From Acutalibacteraceae bacterium (GTDB lineage: Bacteria > Bacillota > Clostridia > Oscillospirales > Acutalibacteraceae), in assembly GCA_045542355.1 (NCBI GenBank), contig JAZQKX010000013.1:4049-68048 (forward strand): a DNA stretch of 64,000 nt, in the 5' to 3' direction. The translations under genes were made by a program, and so were the position numbers. Below the pieces are notes generated by a model. The model was not told the origin of the DNA, did not search any database, and saw only the letters and a program-made list of their open reading frames with translations. Shown piece by piece: positions 9,511-17,933 of the stretch (the stretch's first letter is position 1; each line of letters begins with the position of its first letter).

Positions 9511-10197
9511 GTGATTATTTTGGAAATCAAAACCATTGCAAAGATTTATACAGACTTCACTGATAAGTTTGGTATTCCGAGACAAAGCGGTCTCGTTGAT
9601 TCATTAATTGGAGAAATAGTGTTTGAGCCACAATTCAGAAATCCCGATGCCGTTCGAGGATTAGAGAAATTCTCCCATATATGGTTGCTGTGGGATTTTT
9701 CCCTATCCCACAGAGAAAACTGGTCGCCCACCGTTCGTCCTCCAAGATTGGGCGGCAATGAAAGGGTAGGTGTGTTTGCTTCCCGTTCTCCGTTCAGGCC
9801 TAATCCTATCGGCCTTTCCTCTGTTAAGATTATTAAAATTGAGCAGGATGAAAATTTAGGACCAGTCATTTATGTTGCAGGAGCCGATATACTTAATGAA
9901 ACGCCAATATTCGATATAAAGCCATATTTACCTATATCTGATTGCTACCCTGAAGCGATTGGCGGTTTTTCTGATATACACAAAGAGGATAATCTGGAAG
10001 TGAATATACACTATGAGTTGCTTGATAAAATCCCGAACAATAAAAGAAAAACATTAATTGATATATTGAGTCAAGACCCAAGACCATCTTATCAGAACGA
10101 TCCAGAGAGAATATACGGAATGAGTTTTTCAGGTTATGAAATTAAATTTTCGGTTAAAGGCGATGTTTTAACTGTGCTGGATATCCTAGAAAATTAA
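9511..10197 (+). CDS. trmO: tRNA (N6-threonylcarbamoyladenosine(37)-N6)-methyltransferase TrmO (TsaA/YaeB family)
   Basis: Motifs FGIPRQSGL, FSHIWLLW and RSPFRPNPIGLS are present. GTG 9511, after AGGAAA, is preferred over the upstream ATG at 9475. Confidence 0.85.
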   Translation: MIILEIKTIAKIYTDFTDKFGIPRQSGLVDSLIGEIVFEPQFRNPDAVRGLEKFSHIWLLWDFSLSHRENWSPTVRPPRLGGNERVGVFASRSPFRPNPIGLSSVKIIKIEQDENLGPVIYVAGADILNETPIFDIKPYLPISDCYPEAIGGFSDIHKEDNLEVNIHYELLDKIPNNKRKTLIDILSQDPRPSYQNDPERIYGMSFSGYEIKFSVKGDVLTVLDILEN

Positions 10198-10221
10198 TTT
10201 TTACAAATTAGAAAATAATCC

Positions 10222-10250
10222 TTGATTATTGAAAACAAGTGTGGTATAAT
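10222..10250 (+). promoter_or_regulatory. SigmaA promoter (extended -10) for tRNA-Arg
   Basis: TTGATT (10222-10227), a 17-nt spacer, then TGgTATAAT (10242-10250). Confidence 0.6.
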
Positions 10251-10286
10251 ACGACTTGCGGCTAAAAGAGAAGCCATTCTCTATAT

Positions 10287-10363
<77 letters not shown>

Positions 10364-10366
10364 AAC

Positions 10367-10400
10367 AAAAAGAGTCCCATTTTTTGGGGCTCTTTTTGTT
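10367..10400. terminator. Intrinsic terminator after tRNA-Arg (potentially bidirectional)
   Basis: AAAGAGTCCC (10369-10378) pairs with GGGGCTCTTT (10386-10395). It is flanked by an A-run 5' and a T-run 3'. Confidence 0.75.
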
Positions 10401-10555
10401 TACCGTGTAGCGGGGTGAGAGCCCAGGGGTTCGTCGAAGCAGCCGCGCCGCCGCGATAGGCGGGGCGGACTGCCAGAGACGGGAGCACGAATATTTTTTC
10501 GAAACCGCTCGGTGTGGTCGAAAAAATAGAGAGCGCACCGTATCCCTCGTAGGTA
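10401..10555 (+). ncRNA. Candidate structured ncRNA of unassigned class (GC-rich island)
   Basis: My hand count gives 64/90 G+C over 10401-10490, within an AT-rich intergenic region. The helices are a closing helix 10401-10415/10545-10555, H1 10440-10452/10459-10472, and H2 10492-10502/10518-10528 (11 perfect bp). The H2 loop CGGTGTG is complementary to CGCACCG at 10534-10540. The G:U pairs are valid only on the + strand. Confidence 0.4.
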
Positions 10556-10578
10556 CAAACTAAAAAGAGTCCCATTAG

Positions 10579-10619
10579 GGAGACACTTCGTAAAGAAGTT
10601 TCTCCTTACTTCTTTTTTT
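10579..10619 (+). terminator. Terminator-like hairpin plus T-run downstream of the GC-rich island
   Basis: GGAGACACTTC (10579-10589) pairs with GAAGTTTCTCC (10595-10605) at 10/11 positions. TTACTTCTTTTTTT follows. Confidence 0.45.
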
Positions 10620-10705
10620 ATAATAAATTTCACACTTATCTGTTGAAAGTGTCATAGTGGGTTACATATTTTGAAATAATACCCATCTCAAAGATAAATG
10701 TAATG

Positions 10706-10884
10706 AGTGATATTGTGAGACAGGTCTCACAGTGATATTTTAGGCCGTTGGCAAAAGTGATATTGAAACCTTGCGGTTTCAGTGATATTATATTCGCCCT
10801 TAAAACTCGCTAAGCGAATATAACTTGGAGCGAAGCCTAAATATCACTGCGAAGCAATATAACTCGCCTTTGGCGAATATAACT
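10706..10884. repeat. Dyad-symmetric array of 9-nt boxes: 4x AGTGATATT (forward) then 4x AATAT(A/C)ACT (reverse), separated by short variable hairpins
   Basis: Forward boxes are at 10706, 10731, 10756 and 10781, an exact 25-bp period with 16-nt spacers. Reverse boxes are at 10817, 10840, 10856 and 10876. Self-complementary spacers include GTGAGACAGGTCTCAC, GAAACCTTGCGGTTTC, TGCGAAGCA and TCGCCTTTGGCGA. Confidence 0.85.
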
Positions 10885-10930
10885 GAGGCGCACTTCCTTA
10901 CGGAGTGTGCCTCTATTTGGGGCTCTTTTT
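10885..10930 (+). terminator. Hairpin followed by an orphan 3' half of the tRNA-terminator stem and a T-run
   Basis: GAGGCGCACT (10885-10894) pairs with AGTGTGCCTC (10904-10913). GGGGCTCTTTTT (10919-10930) is identical to 10386-10397. Confidence 0.5.
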
Positions 10931-11104
10931 ATTTGGCGTCGTTGGGTGACTTTCTTGTCTAATACTTCTATGCAAAAAGTAATATAATTTTCAAGACTCA
11001 TAAATTATACAATAAAATTAGTTGTTATCCACCTTGAAAACAGATATATTATATGATAATATAATTAAATAGAATCAAATAGAAATTTAATATTCGGAGT
11101 GGAA

Positions 11105-12022
11105 ATGATGAAGAAGGCAGCTCTTGTTGTTATGGCGGCAGGAATGGGTAGTAGATTTGGCGGTCCTAAGCAGATTACTCCCGTCGGCCCAAGTGGTGAA
11201 AAAATTGTAGATTACTCTGTTTATGATGCGAAACGCGCGGGTTTTGATGAGTTTATATTTGTACTTAATGAAAAAATAAAGGATGATTTTTTTGAGTGTA
11301 TTGGAAATAAACTCTCAGAGAATGTAACTGTAAAATATGTTATTCAGGATATTAATAATTTACCCGTAGGTTTCTCCGTCCCAGAGGGCAGAGTTAAGCC
11401 TTGGGGCACAGGCCACGCTGTCCTCAGTTGCAAGGATGTTATCGACTGTCCATTTATGGTAATTAATGCTGATGATTTTTACGGAAGAGAGGGCTTTCAG
11501 GTTCTTCATGATTTCCTCGTTAATACAACCGATAGCGGTAAGCTGCAACTCGCCATGGCTGGTTATATGTTAGGTAATACAATAACCGAACAGGGAAGTG
11601 TATCACGTGGAATTTGCGAAGTTGATGGAAATGGATATTTAAAGTCTATTGTTGAACGCACAAAGATTCTGCCACGCAACGGTAAGATATATTACACAGA
11701 GGATGATGAAAACTATACCGAATTGCCCTTTGATGCAATAACCTCTCTTAATTGCTGGGGATTTGATAATAGAATTCTCCCCGAATTTGAAAAGCAGTTT
11801 GTTGATTTCTTGAAGAATGAGGTTTCTAATCCTTTGAAATCCGAGTTCTTTTTACCAACCGTTGTAAATAATGTTATATCTTCCGATAAAGCCACAGCCA
11901 AGGTGCTTAAGACAAAGGACAAGTGGTACGGCATGACTTATCTTGAAGATAAAGATACCGTTACCTCGGCTATTAACGATATGGTGGCAGAGGGGATTTA
12001 CCCCAAAAAGCTTTGGAAGTAA
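11105..12022 (+). CDS. Sugar-phosphate nucleotidyltransferase (NTP_transferase family; non-GalU UDP-sugar pyrophosphorylase-like)
   Basis: N-terminal motif [14 protein letters not shown] and a later GTGHA...INADDFYG. The ATG at 11105 follows GGAG; a GTG at 11099 is also possible. Confidence 0.8.
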   Translation: MMKKAALVVMAAGMGSRFGGPKQITPVGPSGEKIVDYSVYDAKRAGFDEFIFVLNEKIKDDFFECIGNKLSENVTVKYVIQDINNLPVGFSVPEGRVKPWGTGHAVLSCKDVIDCPFMVINADDFYGREGFQVLHDFLVNTTDSGKLQLAMAGYMLGNTITEQGSVSRGICEVDGNGYLKSIVERTKILPRNGKIYYTEDDENYTELPFDAITSLNCWGFDNRILPEFEKQFVDFLKNEVSNPLKSEFFLPTVVNNVISSDKATAKVLKTKDKWYGMTYLEDKDTVTSAINDMVAEGIYPKKLWK

Positions 12023-12032
12023 AGTAAGGAAT

Positions 12033-13868
12033 GTGATTAGATTGGTAAAGGTAGAAAATTTAAGAAATATTGCAATAATTGCCCACGTTGACCACGGCAA
12101 AACAACGCTGGTTGACGAAATGCTTAAGCAAAGCGGAGCATTTAGAACTAACGAGCAGGTAGTCGATAGGGTCATGGACTCCAATGACCTTGAAAGAGAG
12201 CGCGGAATCACTATCCTTTCTAAGACAACAAGTGTACAGTATAAGGATATTAAAATTAATATTGTTGACACCCCCGGACATGCCGATTTTGGCGGTGAGG
12301 TTGAGCGTATTCTCCAAATGGTTGATGGAGTTCTGTTGCTTGTCGATGCCTTTGAGGGCTGTATGCCTCAAACAAGATTTGTGCTTAAAAAGGCTCTGGG
12401 ACTTGGTAAACGCCCTGTTGTTGTTATTAATAAGATCGACCGTCCCACGGCCCGTCCCGAAGAGGTTATTGATGAGGTCTTAGACCTGTTCATCGATCTC
12501 GGCGCAGATGATGACCAGATTGAATTTCCGGTTGTTTATGCATCAGGTCGAGATGGCTATGCTTCGCTGTCAGCTAATGAAAAGGGCACAGACTTACAGC
12601 CATTGTTCGAAACAATTGTAGATACAGTACCTGCTCCCGAGGGCGACCCCGACGGTCCTTTACAGGTTTTATTCTCAAATATTGACTATGACGATTATAT
12701 TGGAAGAATCGGCGTGGGCAGAGTGGTCAGAGGTAAGGTTAATGTTGGGCAGAATATTGTTCTTTGTCATACCGACGGAACTACCTCTAAGGCTAAAATT
12801 GCTAAGCTTTATGAATTCTCAGGTCTCAAACGAGTGGAATGTGAGAGTGCGGGTCTGGGCGAGCTTATTTCCGTCTCTGGTATCAGCGAAATTAATATTG
12901 GTGAAACCGCCTGTGACCCCGAGCATATCGACCCATTGCCTTTCGTGAAAATTGATGAGCCCACCTTATCAATGAATTTTATGGTTAACAATTCTCCCTT
13001 TGCAGGTAAAGAAGGAAAATATGTTACTTCAAGAAATCTTAGAGAACGTCTTTTCAAAGAGGTAGAAACCAACGTTAGTCTGAAAGTAGAGGAAACCGAA
13101 TCGGCCGATACCTTTAAGGTGTCAGGCAGAGGTGAACTACATCTCTCTATATTGATTGAAACCATGCGTCGTCAGGGATATGAATTTCAGGTATCACCGC
13201 CAAATGTAATATATAAGCACGATGAGAGCGGAGCACTTTTAGAGCCTATTGAACTGCTTATGATTGAAGTTCCCGAGGAATATGTAGGCACAGTTATGGA
13301 ACGTTTAGGACCCCGTAAAGCAGAGCTTACCAATATGGGCGCCCGTGATGGTGGCTCAACGCATCTTGAGTTTTTGATACCAGCCAGAGGTTTGTTGGGA
13401 TACCGCTCTCAATTCCTTACCGATACCAACGGTAACGGCATAATGAACCATATTTTCAATGGCTACGAGCCTTTTAAAGGGGAAATTGAACACCGTAATA
13501 CAGGTTCTATTGTTGTGCACGAAACTGGCGAAACAACTGGCTATGGCCTTTTTAATACCCAAAGTCGTGGCAGATTGTTTGTGGGTCCAGGTGTTCCTGT
13601 GTATGAGGGTATGATTGTGGGCGAAAATCCTAAGAATGAGGATATAGTTTGTAATGTTTGTAAGAAAAAACAGGTTACAAATATGAGAGCCGCTGGCTCT
13701 GATGATGCATTGAAGCTCACACCTCACTCTGTTCTAAGTCTGGAGCAATCCTTGGAATTCATTAAAGATGATGAGCTGGTAGAGATCACACCCGAAAACA
13801 TTCGCCTGCGCAAACGTATACTTTCTAAAGAATTGCGCTTAAAGGCAGAAAGCAGAGCAAATAAATAA
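12033..13868 (+). CDS. typA: Translational GTPase TypA/BipA
   Basis: [27 protein letters not shown] and NKIDR motifs are present. A GTG start at 12033 after AAGGAA gives about 611 aa, typical for BipA. The longer ORF from 11943 overlaps the previous gene. Confidence 0.92.
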   Translation: MIRLVKVENLRNIAIIAHVDHGKTTLVDEMLKQSGAFRTNEQVVDRVMDSNDLERERGITILSKTTSVQYKDIKINIVDTPGHADFGGEVERILQMVDGVLLLVDAFEGCMPQTRFVLKKALGLGKRPVVVINKIDRPTARPEEVIDEVLDLFIDLGADDDQIEFPVVYASGRDGYASLSANEKGTDLQPLFETIVDTVPAPEGDPDGPLQVLFSNIDYDDYIGRIGVGRVVRGKVNVGQNIVLCHTDGTTSKAKIAKLYEFSGLKRVECESAGLGELISVSGISEINIGETACDPEHIDPLPFVKIDEPTLSMNFMVNNSPFAGKEGKYVTSRNLRERLFKEVETNVSLKVEETESADTFKVSGRGELHLSILIETMRRQGYEFQVSPPNVIYKHDESGALLEPIELLMIEVPEEYVGTVMERLGPRKAELTNMGARDGGSTHLEFLIPARGLLGYRSQFLTDTNGNGIMNHIFNGYEPFKGEIEHRNTGSIVVHETGETTGYGLFNTQSRGRLFVGPGVPVYEGMIVGENPKNEDIVCNVCKKKQVTNMRAAGSDDALKLTPHSVLSLEQSLEFIKDDELVEITPENIRLRKRILSKELRLKAESRANK

Positions 13869-14752
13869 TGCATTATATTTTTCTCGACCTTGAATGGAAT
13901 AATGCTTATAGTAAAATTCACCATAGATTCGTTAATGAGATTATTGAAATTGGCGCTGTTAAACTGAACGAGGAGCTAATCGAGGTAGATAGATTTGATG
14001 TTTTCATCAAATCCCGAATCACTAAAAAACTTGGTACTCGTTTTAAGAATCTTACTAACATCTCGAATGAGGAAATGATAGATGGTGTGGATTTTGCCGA
14101 TGCAGTAAAGCTATTTGCGGAATTTTGCGGTGACGATTTTATTACCGTCACATGGAGTAATTCTGATTTGTATGCTATTGCCGAAAACTTCAAGCTGTTT
14201 TTAGGCAGACTTCCCGATGGGTATTTTTTGAAGTATCTTGATTTACAGAAATTTTATCAATCGGTATTTGGAAGTGACAATGGTAATCAGATTTCCCTTA
14301 AAAATGCTGCTGAAAACGTTGGGATAAATCTCGAAAGTTTATCATTGCATCGTGCATCTGATGATAGTGCTGTAACTGCAGATATATTTAAACGCATAAA
14401 GGATAAAGGTGATTACACAAAACTATTGGTAGACACCGCTTCTCCTGATTTTTACAAGCGCTTAACTTTTAAACCCTATCTAATCGATGATCCCGAAAGT
14501 GAATTTGTGTCTAAGAAAGATTTATCTTTTAGGTGTCCCACCTGTCATAAACCTGCCAAACCGCTGAATAAATGGACGGTTAAAAACAAGCAATTTTATA
14601 ATATTCTGGAATGTAAGCACTGCAAACTCAAATTCAGAGCAAGGGTTAGAATTAAAAAGTGTTACGATTCGACTTCTGTAAAAAAATCGATTGTTATGAT
14701 TAACAACAAAACCAAAGAGTCTGCAAAACCCAAGGAGAAACAATCGGTATGA
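13868..14752 (+). CDS. DEDDh 3'-5' exonuclease (KapD/ERI-1-like) with a C-terminal CxxC...CxxC zinc ribbon
   Basis: Exo motifs FLDLEWN, WSNSD and HRASDDS are present. The C-terminus reads CPTCHK...CKHCKLKF. A TAATG overlap links it to the typA stop. Confidence 0.8.
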   Translation: MHYIFLDLEWNNAYSKIHHRFVNEIIEIGAVKLNEELIEVDRFDVFIKSRITKKLGTRFKNLTNISNEEMIDGVDFADAVKLFAEFCGDDFITVTWSNSDLYAIAENFKLFLGRLPDGYFLKYLDLQKFYQSVFGSDNGNQISLKNAAENVGINLESLSLHRASDDSAVTADIFKRIKDKGDYTKLLVDTASPDFYKRLTFKPYLIDDPESEFVSKKDLSFRCPTCHKPAKPLNKWTVKNKQFYNILECKHCKLKFRARVRIKKCYDSTSVKKSIVMINNKTKESAKPKEKQSV

Positions 14753-15624
14753 CATATATCTGCAATCTTTGCCCCCGCAGGTGTAACGCACTGAGGAATG
14801 ACACAGAAAATATCGGCGGAATATGTGGTATGCCTTATAAGCTAAGGATTGCCCGTGCGGCTCCTCACGATTGGGAAGAGCCTATAATCAGCGGTAGCAA
14901 CGGCTCAGGTACCGTGTTTTTTAGTGGCTGTCAACTGAAATGCGAATATTGTCAGAACTATGATATCAGTCATAACCGCTTCGGAAAAAATATTTTCCCA
15001 AAAGAATTAAGTAATATATTCAAAACCCTTGAGCTCAGCGGTGTGCACAACATCAATCTTGTTAGTGCAACCCAGTTTGTACCGCTTATTATCGAGGCTC
15101 TTAATATTTACCGTCCAAACATTCCCATCGTTTTTAATTCGAGCGGATATGAGAGTTTACAAACCCTTGAGCTTTTAAGAAGCCATATCGATATATTCTT
15201 GATTGATTTTAAGTATTGGACGGGCGATAGGTCGAAACGCTATTCCTCTGCCGAGGATTATCCCACTGTGGCAAAATCTGCAATTCTCAAAGCCTACGAG
15301 ATTGTTGGACCCCCAGAGTATCATGGGGAAATCATGACCAAAGGTGTTATTGTTAGGCATTTACTTTTACCCCAAGGCACTAACGATTGTATTGAAATCA
15401 TGAATTGGGTGAAGAGTACAGGCAAGGATTTTGTGTTCAGTCTTATGAATCAATATACTGTTATGCCAAACTTAAAGCACTGTGAAATTGCCAGAAAAGT
15501 CACGGCAAGGGAATATAATAAAGTGCTTCAGCACATGATGGAAATTGACCTTGATGGATTCGTACAGGATGGCGATTCTGCAAACAAAGAATATATACCG
15601 CATTTTGACTTAACTGGCGTTTAG
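14749..15624 (+). CDS. Radical SAM protein, PflX-like (pyruvate formate-lyase activase homolog, COG1313)
   Basis: CX3CX2C motif (CQLKCEYC) plus an N-terminal Cys cluster CNLCPRRC. An ATGA overlap links it to the exonuclease gene. Confidence 0.85.
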   Translation: MTYICNLCPRRCNALRNDTENIGGICGMPYKLRIARAAPHDWEEPIISGSNGSGTVFFSGCQLKCEYCQNYDISHNRFGKNIFPKELSNIFKTLELSGVHNINLVSATQFVPLIIEALNIYRPNIPIVFNSSGYESLQTLELLRSHIDIFLIDFKYWTGDRSKRYSSAEDYPTVAKSAILKAYEIVGPPEYHGEIMTKGVIVRHLLLPQGTNDCIEIMNWVKSTGKDFVFSLMNQYTVMPNLKHCEIARKVTAREYNKVLQHMMEIDLDGFVQDGDSANKEYIPHFDLTGV

Positions 15625-15692
15625 ATACTTATTTATGTAAAACAACCATTATTTATGATGTTTTTTTTAGTTATTTTGTGACTTAGTCGGTC

Positions 15693-15721
15693 TTGACTTT
15701 TCTTAATAATTTTACTATAAT
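15693..15721 (+). promoter_or_regulatory. SigmaA promoter of guaB
   Basis: TTGACT (15693-15698), a 17-nt spacer, then TATAAT (15716-15721). Confidence 0.6.
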
Positions 15722-15751
15722 GAATAAAATAAATTATAAGGAGTAAATATT

Positions 15752-17260
15752 ATGGCTTATTTTTTCCCGGAAGCGTCTCATACCTTTAATGAGTACCTTT
15801 TAGTACCTGGTTATTCTTCTGCAGAGTGTATCCCTGCAAATGTCAGCTTAAAAACACCTGTAGTAAAATACAAAAAGGGTGAAACCCCTGCAATTTCAAT
15901 GAATATACCGCTGGTATCTGCTATAATGCAGTCCGTTTCCGATGATAAAATGGCTGTTGCTCTTGCAAAAGAGGGTGGAATCTCCTTTATATACGGCTCC
16001 CAGACCATTGAACAGGAAGCCGAAATGATTCGCTCTGTAAAGACTTATAAATCAGGCTTTGTGGTTAGCGACTCCAACATCAAACCTGACGATACCTTGC
16101 AGGATATTTTGGATCTTAAAGAAAAAACAGGTCACTCCACCGTTGCAGTTACAGACGATGGCACAGCAAACGGCAAACTGTTAGGTATTGTAACAGGCCG
16201 TGACTATAGAGTTTCCCGTATGGATCCAGAAACCAAGGTCAGCGAGTTTATGACCGGACTAAGTGATCTCATTTATGCAGAAGAGGGTGTAACCTTAAAG
16301 GAAGCCAACAATATTATTTGGGATAATAAACTCAATTCCTTGCCTATTGTTTCCAAAGATGGTAAGCTTTGTTACATGGTTTTCCGCAAGGATTACGATT
16401 CACATAAGGCAAACAAGTTGGAGCTTCTCGATAAGAATAAGAGCTATGTTGTAGGCGCTGGTATTAACACCCGTGACTACGAGGAGCGCGTTCCCGCATT
16501 GGTTGAGGCAGGTGCAGATGTTCTGTGTATAGACTCTTCCGAGGGCTATAGCGAGTGGCAGAAACGCACAATCGAATTTATACGCGGTAAGTATGGGGAT
16601 GAAGTTAAGGTTGGCGCTGGTAACGTCGTTGACGCTGAAGGTTTCCGTTTCTTGGCTGATTGTGGCGCTGACTTTATTAAGGTTGGTATCGGCGGTGGCT
16701 CCATCTGTATCACCCGTGAACAAAAGGGTATCGGCAGAGGACAAGCCACAGCTCTTATCGATGTTTGTGCGGAACGCGATAGATATTTCCAGGAAACAGG
16801 TGTATACGTTCCTGTTTGTGCCGATGGAGGTATCGTTCAGGACTATCATATAACTCTTGCTCTCGCCATGGGCGCCGACTTCATTATGCTTGGCAGATAT
16901 TTCGCTCGTTTTGACGAAAGCCCTACCAACAAAATTAGCATCAACGGCAATTATGTTAAGGAATACTGGGGTGAGGGCTCCAGCCGTGCAAGGAACTGGC
17001 AGAGATACGATATGGGCGGAGCTAAGAAGCTTTCCTTCGAAGAGGGTGTAGATTCTTATGTTCCTTACGCTGGTAAGCTTCACGATAACGTTAACCTCAC
17101 TTTGAGCAAGGTGCGTTCCACAATGTGTAACTGCGGTGCTCTGAGTATACCCGAGCTTCAGGAAAAAGCCAAGATTACTCTTGTTTCTTCTACAAGTATC
17201 ATCGAGGGTGGAGCACACGACGTTATCCTTAAGAATGATACCTTTGGTAAGATAAGCTAA
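15752..17260 (+). CDS. guaB: IMP dehydrogenase (with CBS-pair subdomain)
   Basis: 502 aa with the catalytic-loop region [20 protein letters not shown] and an IMPDH TIM-barrel layout carrying an inserted CBS region. Confidence 0.88.
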   Translation: MAYFFPEASHTFNEYLLVPGYSSAECIPANVSLKTPVVKYKKGETPAISMNIPLVSAIMQSVSDDKMAVALAKEGGISFIYGSQTIEQEAEMIRSVKTYKSGFVVSDSNIKPDDTLQDILDLKEKTGHSTVAVTDDGTANGKLLGIVTGRDYRVSRMDPETKVSEFMTGLSDLIYAEEGVTLKEANNIIWDNKLNSLPIVSKDGKLCYMVFRKDYDSHKANKLELLDKNKSYVVGAGINTRDYEERVPALVEAGADVLCIDSSEGYSEWQKRTIEFIRGKYGDEVKVGAGNVVDAEGFRFLADCGADFIKVGIGGGSICITREQKGIGRGQATALIDVCAERDRYFQETGVYVPVCADGGIVQDYHITLALAMGADFIMLGRYFARFDESPTNKISINGNYVKEYWGEGSSRARNWQRYDMGGAKKLSFEEGVDSYVPYAGKLHDNVNLTLSKVRSTMCNCGALSIPELQEKAKITLVSSTSIIEGGAHDVILKNDTFGKIS

Positions 17261-17264
17261 GGAT

Positions 17265-17822
17265 ATGAACAACCAAATGAGTGAGCGTATTGAACGCGCT
17301 CCCGTTATTGCCGCTATTCATGATGACAAATGGGATGAGGCAATTAACTCTCCTGTAGAGGTTATCATCCATTTGAATATCAGCATTTTTTCCTTGAAAA
17401 AATATGTTGATCAAGCCCATTCAGCCAACAAGCTTCTACTTGTTCATGCTGACCTTTTAGAGGGAATTGGCAAGGATAAGCAGGGTGTTGAATTCTTGAA
17501 ATCCTGTGGTGTAGATGGAATCATCAGCACTAAGGCACACATAGTCCGCCATGCAAAATCATGTGGATTGCTGACAGTTCAACGCATGTTTTTGCTTGAT
17601 TCTCAAGGGATTGAAAGCATGGACGATGTTCTGAGTTCAACTTCTCCTGATTATGTTGAGATAATGCCTGGAGTTGTTACCAAGGCAATTCTTCGCTTTT
17701 CAAAAGGAAAAACCCCAGTTATTGCCGGGGGACTCATTGAGACCAAATCTGAGGTAACCGCGGCTTTGTCGTCAGGCGCAGTTGCTGTGTCTACAAGTAA
17801 AAACGAATTATGGTATTTATGA
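17265..17822 (+). CDS. glpP: Glycerol-3-phosphate responsive antiterminator GlpP
   Basis: 185 aa. The PVIAAI...LLVHADLLEGIGKD...GIISTK pattern is typical of the G3P_antiterm family, and a glp-type operon with a leader terminator follows. Confidence 0.8.
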   Translation: MNNQMSERIERAPVIAAIHDDKWDEAINSPVEVIIHLNISIFSLKKYVDQAHSANKLLLVHADLLEGIGKDKQGVEFLKSCGVDGIISTKAHIVRHAKSCGLLTVQRMFLLDSQGIESMDDVLSSTSPDYVEIMPGVVTKAILRFSKGKTPVIAGGLIETKSEVTAALSSGAVAVSTSKNELWYL

Positions 17823-17870
17823 TCTGTGTTTTGCAATTCTAACTTAAAATTAAATATTCCAAAGAGATTT

Positions 17871-17933
17871 AGAGATATGGAAAATTCGAGTGCAATAGGT
17901 TGCATTCTTATTTCCATATCTCTTTTTATTTTT
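17871..17933 (+). terminator. Leader terminator upstream of the glpA-like operon (probable GlpP antitermination target)
   Basis: A 13-bp perfect stem AGAGATATGGAAA (17871-17883) / TTTCCATATCTCT (17911-17923) with an inner TGCAA/TTGCA helix. TTTTATTTT follows. Confidence 0.75.

Noticed and set aside
10401-10555. Identification of the GC-rich island as SRP (4.5S/scRNA) RNA, a tRNA-like gene or a known riboswitch
   Set aside because: The only SRP-like feature is the short string GAAGCAGCC. There is no GGAA/GNRA-capped domain IV with the symmetric and asymmetric loops. No cloverleaf can be drawn (no T-arm or anticodon arm). I recognise no conserved cores for the cobalamin, TPP, SAM, glycine, c-di-AMP or guanidine classes.
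10706-10884. CRISPR array as an explanation for the 25-bp periodic repeat
   Set aside because: The repeat core is only 9 nt and the spacers are 16 nt. The orientation flips midway, and there are no cas genes or leader in the window. The geometry is incompatible with any known CRISPR type.
11943-12032. Long N-terminal extension of typA starting at ATG 11943
   Set aside because: It overlaps the 3' end of the nucleotidyltransferase gene by 80 nt and adds 30 non-conserved residues. GTG 12033, preceded by AAGGAA, gives the canonical BipA N-terminus.
16400-17272. 290-aa minus-strand ORF inside guaB, plus the smaller internal ORFs at 16546-16749 (minus strand), 16593-16853 and 16857-17051 (plus strand)
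   Set aside because: It is entirely antisense to a well-supported IMPDH gene. It has no recognisable motifs or RBS, and the composition is typical of a shadow ORF.
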